Below are positions 11,677 to 20,000 of a DNA stretch of 64,000 nucleotides, piece after piece. Made by a program: the position numbers and the translations under genes. Below the pieces are notes generated by a model. That model was not told where the DNA came from. It ran no database searches and worked only from the letters and a program-made list of their open reading frames with translations. The DNA lies in assembly GCA_964386905.1 (NCBI GenBank), contig CAYLUP010000002.1, positions 128,522-192,521 on the forward strand, in the 5' to 3' direction. The stretch's first letter is position 1, and every line of letters starts with the position of its first letter. Origin of the DNA: an uncultured Candidatus Saccharibacteria bacterium (GTDB lineage: Bacteria; Patescibacteriota; Minisyncoccia; Phycocordibacterales; UBA6899).

Positions 11677-12648
11677 TTACAGTGTACTCAGGAGAAGCCT
11701 TGCAAGCGCACGGTGTTGGGGGACGACGCGCTTGAGGAGATGGTCTATGGGGTAGAATTCGACCGCATCCAGAATCCGCGAAGAAACTGTTTTTGGGTTT
11801 TCATCTTTCAGTATGCCTGTCCAGAAGTTTGTGCGGACAAGATCTCCAGCTTCTTTGTGTGGCCATTCGTTTTTTATGGTGTGTGATTCAATAAGGTGGA
11901 GGTCTGAGATTTGGGTGCATCCACATTCGTGTACTAGAATACGGTGAATTGCATCACGATCGGCCTTGTCTCTGGTTGGTCGAATCATTGTACCAGGAAA
12001 ACGAAGAAGACCCTCATCGCATTTTTTCCTTCCAAGAACGACATGGGAGTGCGATTCATTCATGATTGCAAGGTCGACTGCTGGGTGAACTCGTGGAGTT
12101 GTTGTTGCCATCGCAGCCATAAAGCCAAGTCTGAACTCGGGGTTCATTGCAAGGCGTCTCTTTACAAAACGAGGATCGGAAAGCTGGTGACTTTCTCCGT
12201 GATTCGCGCCTTGGATGTTTGGGAGCTCGATGTGTATGAGTTCATGGCGTTTTGTCGTATACCGTCGCCGTGCCATTTTCCCATGTGCGTCAACAAAAAT
12301 AATTACATCTCGACCATTTCGGTAGCGCTCGATAATGCGATCAAGCGCTCGTGAGAGTGCGTGATCATTATGTTCATTGCAGAGCGGAATGATGTGGTCT
12401 GCTGGGATGTTAAAGAAAAGGGAGAGCATGCCTTGGCGTGCATGGAAAGGTAATGGGTGATTGCGATGTTGTTTGAGCGGTGTGTCAAGGACAACAAGAA
12501 TAAGGTCAGTATTTTTTGAGAGACAGCGTGCATGTTGATACGCACGTTCGATCAATCGTTCGTGCTTCCATGTGGGGTTATCTTCTTGAAAGTGCCCGAC
12601 AATAAATGCAATCGGTCTTTGTGTATGCATGGTTCCTCCGTTCTGCAT
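11677..12648 (-). CDS. Hypothetical protein; possible zinc-dependent amidase/carboxypeptidase-like fold (M14/AstE-AspA-like)
   Basis: The 323-aa ORF has an N-terminal 'GHFQE' (HxxE) and later His residues. The call is weak. Confidence 0.4.
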   Translation of the reverse strand: MQNGGTMHTQRPIAFIVGHFQEDNPTWKHERLIERAYQHARCLSKNTDLILVVLDTPLKQHRNHPLPFHARQGMLSLFFNIPADHIIPLCNEHNDHALSRALDRIIERYRNGRDVIIFVDAHGKMARRRYTTKRHELIHIELPNIQGANHGESHQLSDPRFVKRRLAMNPEFRLGFMAAMATTTPRVHPAVDLAIMNESHSHVVLGRKKCDEGLLRFPGTMIRPTRDKADRDAIHRILVHECGCTQISDLHLIESHTIKNEWPHKEAGDLVRTNFWTGILKDENPKTVSSRILDAVEFYPIDHLLKRVVPQHRALARLLLSTL

Positions 12649-12702
12649 AAAAAGTACAGTATTTCAGAGGTTTTGCAAGCTCCTTGCACACCATAAAGAG
12701 TC

Positions 12703-13284
12703 ATGTACAATATCTATACTATGGCAATATATATACTAATTGGCGTTGTCGTCATTTTGGGCTTGTATGTAATGAGTGCGTACAATCGTTTTGTGCGATT
12801 GCGCAATAATGCAAAACAGTCATGGTCGGATATCGAAGTCCAGCTTCGTCGTCGTTACGACTTGATTCCAAACCTTGTTGAAACAGTAAAGGGATATGCG
12901 GCACACGAAGAGGGCACTCTGACAAAAGTCATTGAAATGCGCAATGCTGCGATGGCTGCGCCACACGATGCAGCACACCTCGGTCAGGCAGAAGCAGGCC
13001 TCGCAGGGGCACTGAAATCAGTCTTTGCTCTTTCTGAGTCCTATCCAGATTTGAAGGCAAATACCAATTTCGCTAAGCTTCAAGATGAGCTTTCTGATAC
13101 AGAGAATAAAATTCAAGCAGCACGAAGATTGTATAATGCAACGGTTCGTGATCTCGCTATTGCGATTCAGAGCTTCCCGGGGAATATCATTGCAGGAATG
13201 TTTGGCGTCCGGTCAGGCGAATTCGAATTCTTTGATCTCCCTGATGATGACGTGGCGCAGCAAAATGTACAAGTAAAGTTTTAG
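12703..13284 (+). CDS. lemA: LemA family protein
   Basis: An N-terminal TM helix and 'YNRFV.LRN....W.DI.VQL.RR.DLIPNLV' are present. Confidence 0.85.
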   Translation: MYNIYTMAIYILIGVVVILGLYVMSAYNRFVRLRNNAKQSWSDIEVQLRRRYDLIPNLVETVKGYAAHEEGTLTKVIEMRNAAMAAPHDAAHLGQAEAGLAGALKSVFALSESYPDLKANTNFAKLQDELSDTENKIQAARRLYNATVRDLAIAIQSFPGNIIAGMFGVRSGEFEFFDLPDDDVAQQNVQVKF

Positions 13285-13355
13285 TTAAAGAAAGGCCGCA
13301 TAAAGCGGTTTTTCTTGTTCTCGCGAAAGAAAGGAAAGTACCGTATAATATCGTC

Positions 13356-14261
13356 ATGTCATCACTATATCTTCATCAAGAAAAAAATGTTACGAAAACA
13401 TGGCTCTTGCTCGCAGTCTTTTTTGGGCTTGTTATTGGTGTTGGCTGGATATTTGCGACCATGCAGCAAAATCCATCTATTCTTTTCTTCGCCGTGATTT
13501 TTGCAGTTGTTATGAATGTGGGTGCGTATTGGTTTTCTGACACGATTGTCCTTTCTATGGTACATGCGCAGCGCATTGAAAAGAAGGAAGATGCGCCAGA
13601 GTTGTGGAATATCGTAGAAAATTTGTGTATTGCCGCAGGACTTCCTATGCCTGCTGTATACATTGTTGACGATCCTTCTCCTAATGCGTTTGCAACAGGG
13701 AGAAACCCGAAACATGCTGCGCTTGCTGTACATACTGGTCTTTTACGAATTCTTAATAAGAATGAACTTGAAGGTGTTATCGCACACGAGCTCGCACACA
13801 TTGGAAACAGAGATACGCTTATTGCAACTCTTGCAGTTATCCTCGCGGGGATGGTTGCAATTGCGTCTGACTGGATGATGCGTTCGATGATTTTTGGAAA
13901 TCGCGACAGTGAGGAGCGAGGTGGCTCACCGGTTGTTCTCATTATTGGCATTGTTATTGCATTGCTTGCGCCACTCTTTGCAACAATTCTCCGCCTTGCG
14001 GTGTCCAGAAAGAGGGAATTCCTTGCTGATGCGACAGCTGGTCTTCTCACACGGTACCCTGAGGGGCTCGCATCCGCATTAGAAAAGATATCTTCTGCTC
14101 ATATTCCGGTAAAAGATGCAAATTCAGCAACGGCGACACTGTATATTTCAAATCCTTTTGAGGGGAGTGGAAAATTCCTCAATAATCTTTTTTCGACACA
14201 CCCACCGGTAGAAGAACGTATTCACGCTCTTCGGACAGGGGGAGGGCAAATGAGCGCATAA
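13356..14261 (+). CDS. htpX: HtpX-like M48 zinc metalloprotease
   Basis: The 'HELAHIGNRD' HExxH motif and TM helices are present, and the gene is adjacent to lemA. Confidence 0.9.
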   Translation: MSSLYLHQEKNVTKTWLLLAVFFGLVIGVGWIFATMQQNPSILFFAVIFAVVMNVGAYWFSDTIVLSMVHAQRIEKKEDAPELWNIVENLCIAAGLPMPAVYIVDDPSPNAFATGRNPKHAALAVHTGLLRILNKNELEGVIAHELAHIGNRDTLIATLAVILAGMVAIASDWMMRSMIFGNRDSEERGGSPVVLIIGIVIALLAPLFATILRLAVSRKREFLADATAGLLTRYPEGLASALEKISSAHIPVKDANSATATLYISNPFEGSGKFLNNLFSTHPPVEERIHALRTGGGQMSA

Positions 14262-14282
14262 GCGCTTTTTGTTTTCATAATA

Positions 14283-14310
14283 TTGACAAAATATCAATTT
14301 ATGCTATAAT
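14283..14310 (+). promoter_or_regulatory. Consensus sigma70 promoter TTGACA-N16-TATAAT
   Basis: Seen directly. It is followed by two 5'-UTR hairpins and the RBS AGGAGG at 14393-14398. Confidence 0.5.
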
Positions 14311-14403
14311 ATACATCGTACAGTGCAGGTGCCTGTACGCAGTTCTTTCCTATTTTTTTTCAATCATACTCCGCTCAGCGGAGTTCCGCCCAGGAGGCAA
14401 AAC

Positions 14404-15555
14404 ATGAGCAGTTCCGTCCCGCAAGTCGTCACCCTGTCCCTCGCTTCTTTCAAGTCCACCCCCGTGGTCAAGAAAGAGAAGAAGGCGGTGAAGAAGTACA
14501 TGGCCTACCTCGATCCCGAGGTTTTCAAGAAGAACTGCGAAGTCGCTGATGCGGCCATCCAGGCTGGCAACTTCATCACGGCGTTTGCCGCGATGGAGAA
14601 CAACGGCTTCCGACCGCAGAGCATGGGGGAGCGCGCTGTGAAGCTCGCACTCACCAGCGGTGGTTCCGAGGCCGTCACGAAGTACCTGCAGGATTTCTGT
14701 GAGTACATCGGCATCAGTCTCGATGCTCGTGCCCTCACGGGGCGCGCAAAGCATTTCGTCGAGCTCCTCAATGTGTCGGCCGCTGCCGGCAAAGACGAGT
14801 TCGAAAAGGCCAGGGAGCTTGTGGCCGCGCATGCGATCCGTCTCCAGGTGGATGTTCCCGAGCAGGTGGCGAAGGCCGGAAAGGCCCTCGAGCGCCGCTT
14901 CGTCGAGCCCAAGGCTCTGGCCCAGAAGGATTGGAAGGTGGTTCGTGCCGAGCTCATCCAGAGCGCTGAATCCCTTCTCAACGCAGGTAGCTGTGAGCTC
15001 GCCGCTGACAAGCTGGCACGTGCCGGCTTCGCGCCGCACGTCCTGTGCATGCGCCTCATCACGGAAGACCCCAATCATGGTCAGCCGGATGCGGTCAGCA
15101 GTAAGTTCATGATGAGGTTCGCCGACTACGTCGGAAACGGCCTCACGACCCAGGACATTGCCGACAAGCGTGTCCGTCACTTGAGCTCCTTCTTGGAGCT
15201 CAAGGCGGCCCAGGATCTGGGAGGGTTCTTCCTGGAACTCAAGAAGCTTCAGGACCGGGCTTCGGAGTGCGGCTTCAGCCTGCACACCGATCTCTACCGT
15301 CTGATTTCCAAGGTCGAACGTGTCATGCGTCAGGCCTTCAGGGATCAGAAGATCTGGGAGCAGCTCGGCTTCAGTATCAAGAGCCGCAACGGCCTCGAGT
15401 GCACCATGGTCCACGAGACCACGGCGCACGTCATCGTGGTCACCCTCGATTCCGTCGAGGAGACTATCGTCGAGCCTCCTGCTCCTGCCGCGAAGGCCCA
15501 CAAGCGAGTCCGTGAGCGCAAGTCCAGGGCCGCCGCTGTCGAAGTCGAGGCGTAG
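14404..15555 (+). CDS. Hypothetical protein encoded by a high-GC, GC3-biased gene (foreign codon usage)
   Basis: ATG at 14404 lies 6 nt after AGGAGG. GC is about 60 % against about 45 % in neighbouring genes. No domain was recognised. Confidence 0.6.
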   Translation: MSSSVPQVVTLSLASFKSTPVVKKEKKAVKKYMAYLDPEVFKKNCEVADAAIQAGNFITAFAAMENNGFRPQSMGERAVKLALTSGGSEAVTKYLQDFCEYIGISLDARALTGRAKHFVELLNVSAAAGKDEFEKARELVAAHAIRLQVDVPEQVAKAGKALERRFVEPKALAQKDWKVVRAELIQSAESLLNAGSCELAADKLARAGFAPHVLCMRLITEDPNHGQPDAVSSKFMMRFADYVGNGLTTQDIADKRVRHLSSFLELKAAQDLGGFFLELKKLQDRASECGFSLHTDLYRLISKVERVMRQAFRDQKIWEQLGFSIKSRNGLECTMVHETTAHVIVVTLDSVEETIVEPPAPAAKAHKRVRERKSRAAAVEVEA

Positions 15556-15574
15556 TATTCCTCGATACAATCAA

Positions 15575-15608
15575 GGGAGGACCCACAGGGTCCTCCCGCT
15601 TTTCTTTT
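15575..15608 (+). terminator. Rho-independent terminator (GGGAGGACCC-ACA-GGGTCCTCCC followed by a T-run)
   Basis: A perfect 10-bp stem followed by GCTTTTCTTTT. Confidence 0.65.
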
Positions 15609-15861
15609 ACAAAATGTAAAAGAACAGTATAATCGGTACACAATTTCCGTATTTGAGATTGTAAATATATTGGAGATATCGCATAAGAATGGCCCTGCGG
15701 GCACCAGGCATTCTTGTCGGTTAGGGAACTGCCGCCGCAGTGCATATTTGCATGAAGCAACTGCAAGCATTTGCTTCCCCGAAAGACTCTATGCAACGCG
15801 TGCTTTCGTTTCTTTTGTGTGTTGCTGATGATTGAATGCCCACGTTCGCAAATATTTATTT

Positions 15862-15948
15862 GGAGATGTCGCATAGAGGTCTAGTGCGCCCGCCTGGAAA
15901 GTGGGTATGGTGTCAAAGCCATCGGGAGTTCGAATCTCCCCATCTCCG
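15862..15948 (+). tRNA. tRNA-Ser (anticodon GGA), type II with a long variable arm
   Basis: Manual fold gives acceptor GGAGATG/CATCTCC, a 3-bp D stem, anticodon loop CTGGAAA, a variable stem-loop and the T-loop TTCGAAT. Confidence 0.85.
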
Positions 15949-15950
15949 CA

Positions 15951-16149
15951 ACGAATCACAGAAAAGGATACTTTTCTGTGATTTTTCGTTGCGCGAGACG
16001 CGGAGATTCGAAAGGCGGAGCCGGGCACCCTCACGCATGCGAAGCATCGTGCAGGGTCGGCGAGCCCGGGCAGGAGCCACCCCGTAGATTTCGAGCAAGG
16101 CGAAGAAATATACGGAGGTGAGCTGACGCCGAATCTCCCCATCTCCGCA
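15951..16149 (+). mobile_element. tRNA-3'-end-associated repeat unit S1 (type A core)
   Basis: It contains a terminator hairpin, an inverted T-arm copy (gcggagattcgaa), a conserved core, and a terminal direct repeat of the tRNA-Ser 3' end (16131-16149). Confidence 0.5.
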
Positions 16150-16395
16150 ACGAATCACAGAAAAGGATCCTTTTCTGTGATTTTTCGTTGCGCGAGATGC
16201 GGTAATTCGAACAGGAAAGGGTCAGAAAACTGGAGTTCTTTGGGGATGGGAGCAGCGAGTCTTCGAGCGTTGAGAATGAGCCTGTCCTGAACAATGAGCA
16301 AATTACTATTTGCGACTATGATTCAGGATGTGTCCTCAAGGAGCCACGAGCCTGTTAGGTGCGAGTGGCGACATGAGATTCTCCCCATCTCCGCA
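16150..16395 (+). mobile_element. tRNA-3'-end-associated repeat unit S2 (type B core)
   Basis: Its 5' part matches S1. The core resembles the tRNA-Arg units. It ends with an 18-bp copy of the tRNA-Ser 3' end (16380-16397). Confidence 0.5.
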
Positions 16396-16455
16396 ACAAA
16401 CCAGAAAAATGTGTAAGCATTTTTCTGGCCATCTCTTCTCTTGTATACTATATTC

Positions 16456-16857
16456 ATGAGTATTTTACACTTTTCTACACCCACATATCGAAAACTTGGT
16501 TTTGCTGCTTTGTATTTTGGGCTTGTCCTACTTTTTGTCGCAAATGGGGCAGTGGGCATTATTGGAAGCGAGAATAATCCTGCAAATCTTTTATATGCGA
16601 GCGTTTTTGTTGCTGCAGTTGTTGGGTCATTATTTGTTCGTTTTTCACCATATCGAATGATGTGGGTGTCATTTCTGACTGCTATTGTTCATATGAGTGT
16701 CCCTGTGTTTGCACTTTTCATTTGGCCGGCCCAAGTGTCCTGGGGTGATGCAGGTGTGTTTGGTGTTCTTTTCTTAAATACACTTTTCTCTGGAATATTC
16801 TTCCTTTCTGGATATTTCTTCCAGAAAGCATTGAGTACTGAAAAAGCCCACCTCTAA
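16456..16857 (+). CDS. Hypothetical integral membrane protein
   Basis: About four predicted TM helices. A terminator hairpin lies at 16841-16870. Confidence 0.55.
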   Translation: MSILHFSTPTYRKLGFAALYFGLVLLFVANGAVGIIGSENNPANLLYASVFVAAVVGSLFVRFSPYRMMWVSFLTAIVHMSVPVFALFIWPAQVSWGDAGVFGVLFLNTLFSGIFFLSGYFFQKALSTEKAHL

Positions 16858-16870
16858 TCGGTGGGCTTGA
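16841..16870. terminator. Bidirectional rho-independent terminator (AGCCCACC-TCTAATC-GGTGGGCT)
   Basis: A perfect 8-bp stem with A-run and T-run flanks, between convergent genes. Confidence 0.65.
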
Positions 16871-17255
16871 TGCATTGTTCTCCGTGCGTTCCAGGAAGCT
16901 CACAGTGACTGTTTCCTTTTCCTCCGCATCGTGGGCATCGGATGCAAATGTCACATGGATGTGTGCTCTCACGAAGTCGAGTACAATCGATGATGAGTGA
17001 TTCAAGAACATTTGCTTGTCGAGTTTCAATAAGATCGAAGGTGAGAATTTCATTATACCCATGGAGCGTGTCTTGCTCACGAGCATTTGTTATTTCATTG
17101 TGCACGGTTGTAAGTACGGCAGAGATGCGTCGAGAAATTCGTGGACCGAGAATATGAGTGTTTTCAACAAGAGCTGTTTTAATTTTTCGAACGTCATTTT
17201 CTAGTTGGAATGTGGCAGTACAAAGAATGTTCAGCGCAAGAGCGGGTGCCCCCAT
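16854..17255 (-). CDS. Hypothetical protein with a C-terminal Cys4 zinc ribbon
   Basis: The C-terminus is 'CDICIRCPRCGG...HC'. No family was recognised. Confidence 0.4.
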   Translation of the reverse strand: MGAPALALNILCTATFQLENDVRKIKTALVENTHILGPRISRRISAVLTTVHNEITNAREQDTLHGYNEILTFDLIETRQANVLESLIIDCTRLRESTHPCDICIRCPRCGGKGNSHCELPGTHGEQCIKPTD

Positions 17256-17432
17256 TTCTTGTTCTTATTGCGCCTGCATACGTGCTGAATAATATGCGCG
17301 GCATGCATGTGCAATGTGTTCCATAACTATGCACGGGGGAGGTATATTCATGTCTCCTCCAATATCTCTTTCTATCCTATGGCTTCTGTGTTGGTTGTCA
17401 ATTGGGATACAAAAACGCCCAGACGGGCGTTA

Positions 17433-17828
17433 TTATGCTGCCGGAACAAACATTTCGAGCTGTCGCGAAAGAATTTCGAGACGGTTGGTGCCAAAGGCTG
17501 TCTTTGTGGACATGAGATGGAAATACGCATCAACATCATTTATTTTGAGGGCGAGAAGTGCCCTATTGGAGTGAGCGCTCATTTCTTCACAGAGAATCCG
17601 TGCGACCTCTTCATCCAAGTGAATAATGAGGGAAAGGATTTCAAGGTCGAAGAAATATGCAACGAATAAGGTACGCTTTTTGAGTGTTTCTAGTGCAAGG
17701 TCGGCGTTACCAGAATCAAGAAACGCGTGTGCGGCCTTTCCAAGAGAAACATATGTTTCTGACGCTTCTTTAAAGCATGCGACAAGCTTTTGAATGGCGT
17801 GTCCGTGTATTTTTTTTCCTGTATGCAT
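17433..17828 (-). CDS. Hypothetical protein
   Basis: A 131-aa ORF, helical by composition, with no recognised motif. Confidence 0.35.
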   Translation of the reverse strand: MHTGKKIHGHAIQKLVACFKEASETYVSLGKAAHAFLDSGNADLALETLKKRTLFVAYFFDLEILSLIIHLDEEVARILCEEMSAHSNRALLALKINDVDAYFHLMSTKTAFGTNRLEILSRQLEMFVPAA

Positions 17829-18037
17829 TATTGCACCTCAGACAGAAAGACCTTCTCTCTATAGCTTACTCCATATTTCGTTGACGTATAGTAAAAATTG
17901 TACTCAAGAGATGAAATATGTGTTGAAAAATATGAGGATATTTGCTGCCTGTGGAGAATTGAAAGTTAGTCACATTGCTTTACAAAACATAGTATACCAT
18001 GCTGTGCATTTTTTCCTTCTCTTGGTATGCTGTACCG

Positions 18038-18910
18038 ATGAGTGAGGCAAAAAGAAGAGAGCGGTTTCTTGACCTGTTGTTTACGTTTGGAGAGGACAAT
18101 TATCGCACGATGGATTGGCGCCCGAAAAAGTTTTCGGCAAAACACACTATCGATCCATATCATATCCTTGTCTCAGAGTGCATGTTGCAACAGACGCAGG
18201 TTGATCGCGTCCGTGAAAAATTTGCACAATTTATTGCACGTTTTCCTTCTGTTCACGCGCTTGCCGTTGCTCCACTGAAGGATGTGCTTCATCTCTGGTC
18301 TGGTCTCGGATACAACAGGAGGGCAGTTCATCTTCATGCCTGTGCGCAGCGGGTCGTTGGGGATTATGATGGAGTCTTTCCAAAAGATTTCGACCTCCTT
18401 TGTGAACTTCCTGGAATAGGCCCGTCAACTGCTGCAGGCATTCTCTCCTTTGCGTGGAATAAACCATACCCAATGATTGATACGAATATTCGTCGAATTC
18501 TGAAACGATGTTTTCCTGAAACAGAGAAATATACCGACAAAACACTCTTTCGCTTTGCACAAACATTGATTCCAGAGGGAAAAGGGAGGATGTGGAACTA
18601 TGCAATGCTCGATGTGGGTGCGCTGGCATGTACAGCACGAAGACATGCAGAAGGGTGTCCATTTTCTCCTCTTCATGGACCAATCGAGGAGGTTGTTTTA
18701 AAGAAAAAGGCTCTTCCATTTATAAAAACAAAACGGTATCTTCGTGGGCTGATTATGAAAATTCTTCTTCAGAAACATCGCACAACACTCTCCTCCTTGA
18801 AGAAAACATTTGCAACGTCTCCTTATGATCTTAGACAAGTCCTTGCTGAGATGCACAGTCATGGGCTTATTCGCGTCCAGGGTCAGAATATCATTCTTCC
18901 TGAAAAATAA
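18038..18910 (+). CDS. HhH-GPD DNA glycosylase (MutY/endonuclease III family) with a C-terminal wHTH-like tail
   Basis: The 'LPGIGPSTAAGIL' HhH-GPD motif and an FeS-type Cys cluster 'C..ARRHAEGCPF' are present. Confidence 0.78.
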   Translation: MSEAKRRERFLDLLFTFGEDNYRTMDWRPKKFSAKHTIDPYHILVSECMLQQTQVDRVREKFAQFIARFPSVHALAVAPLKDVLHLWSGLGYNRRAVHLHACAQRVVGDYDGVFPKDFDLLCELPGIGPSTAAGILSFAWNKPYPMIDTNIRRILKRCFPETEKYTDKTLFRFAQTLIPEGKGRMWNYAMLDVGALACTARRHAEGCPFSPLHGPIEEVVLKKKALPFIKTKRYLRGLIMKILLQKHRTTLSSLKKTFATSPYDLRQVLAEMHSHGLIRVQGQNIILPEK

Positions 18911-18927
18911 AAACGCCAAAGGCGTTT

Positions 18928-19998
18928 TTATTTTTCAAGCGTATCAACATCAACGGCTTTATCATAGCGTCTTCCTCCGAACATGATCGTTGGGATTTTA
19001 ATTGTGCGGATTTCCTCTTCAACAATCATTCTTTGCTTCTGGAGAGACTCAAGAATTTCTGGTGCTGTACTTTTTGCTTCTACACGCATGCGTTCTGCGT
19101 CTGTGAGCCCAATATCTCTCATCCACTGATTGATGATGTCTTTCATCTGATCTTTTGTATATGATGTGCGGATGAGCTCTTGTTCAAGCGTATCTCCTGT
19201 GCGTTTCGTAAACAAGATGTGCATGAACTTCCAGTCTGCTTCAGGAACAGAGTGTATTGTTGTGTCTTTGAGTGCTTCGATGTATTGAGCGAGAAGAAGA
19301 GAATGTGGGAATTTGTATTCAGATGCAGTTGTTGCGTCCGGGATAGGGTATAACGTATAGGTGACATTGTATGCCTCATCAAACTTCGCTTCAAGAATGT
19401 TTGAGTAGAGTTGTGCGCAGTATGTACAGCTTGGGTCAATAATTTCAAGCGCAACTTGCTTTGTTGAATTAAACCCGCCCTTGAATGTGTGAAATGGACG
19501 AATATACTCTTGTGGATTCCATGTTTTCATGCGGTCTGGTATTCGAGAAAGTGTTTCTGCATATGTTGTCGCGACGTCTCCTACCCAGGCGCCAAGAGTT
19601 CCTGTTTTGAGTGATAACCAAAATCCCGGTTTGTATGTTGCAACACCGCAGCCGCCGCTGCTTAATGAGCATGCCTCTGGATCTCCTGGCGTACATGTGC
19701 CATAGACATAGAAATTAAGTGCACCATTTGCAACAACCAAAAGACTCCAGATACTGAGGGCAACGAAGATCGTCGCGAACAGATTCATCCAACGATCAAT
19801 GAACTGTGCAAGACGAGGACGTCGAAAAATAAGCTTGCCTAGGAGGCGTGCCCGAATTTCTTCTTGGAGATCAATGTCGCAGGGCTTCAGTGTGATACGT
19901 TTTGATACGCAGACCCACGCCTTTTTTGCAAGACTGCGATAGCTTGCAGAGAAAATTCCGAGAATCGCAAAGGTAATAAATGCAACAATACAAAACAT
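18928..19998 (-). CDS. Membrane-anchored thiol:disulfide oxidoreductase (DsbA-like thioredoxin fold with a CxxC active site)
   Basis: Two N-terminal TM helices and a 'CTYC' active site in a soluble domain. Confidence 0.5.
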   Translation of the reverse strand: MFCIVAFITFAILGIFSASYRSLAKKAWVCVSKRITLKPCDIDLQEEIRARLLGKLIFRRPRLAQFIDRWMNLFATIFVALSIWSLLVVANGALNFYVYGTCTPGDPEACSLSSGGCGVATYKPGFWLSLKTGTLGAWVGDVATTYAETLSRIPDRMKTWNPQEYIRPFHTFKGGFNSTKQVALEIIDPSCTYCAQLYSNILEAKFDEAYNVTYTLYPIPDATTASEYKFPHSLLLAQYIEALKDTTIHSVPEADWKFMHILFTKRTGDTLEQELIRTSYTKDQMKDIINQWMRDIGLTDAERMRVEAKSTAPEILESLQKQRMIVEEEIRTIKIPTIMFGGRRYDKAVDVDTLEK

Positions 19999-20000
19999 AA

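Noticed and set aside
14350-15570. 406-aa minus-strand ORF, and several other long antisense ORFs, across the high-GC island
   Set aside because: Long stop-free antisense frames are expected in a 60 % GC sequence. The plus-strand frame has a promoter, a structured leader, AGGAGG and a terminator, so the antisense ORFs are treated as artefacts.
16060-16125. Group II intron domain V-like hairpin in the type A core (GAGCC...CCGTATA...TATACGG...GAGC)
   Set aside because: The hairpin is much longer than the 34-nt domain V. It lacks the catalytic-triad/bulge geometry, and there is no RT ORF or other intron domains.
15789-16294. Track ORFs 15789..16142, 15913..16158 and 16031..16294 on the minus strand, which share the 'ISRNEKSQK.ILFCDSLRRWGDS' peptide
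   Set aside because: They lie entirely in the tRNA-Ser repeat units. The repeated peptide just reflects the repeated DNA. There is no RBS, and the frame runs through tRNA sequence.
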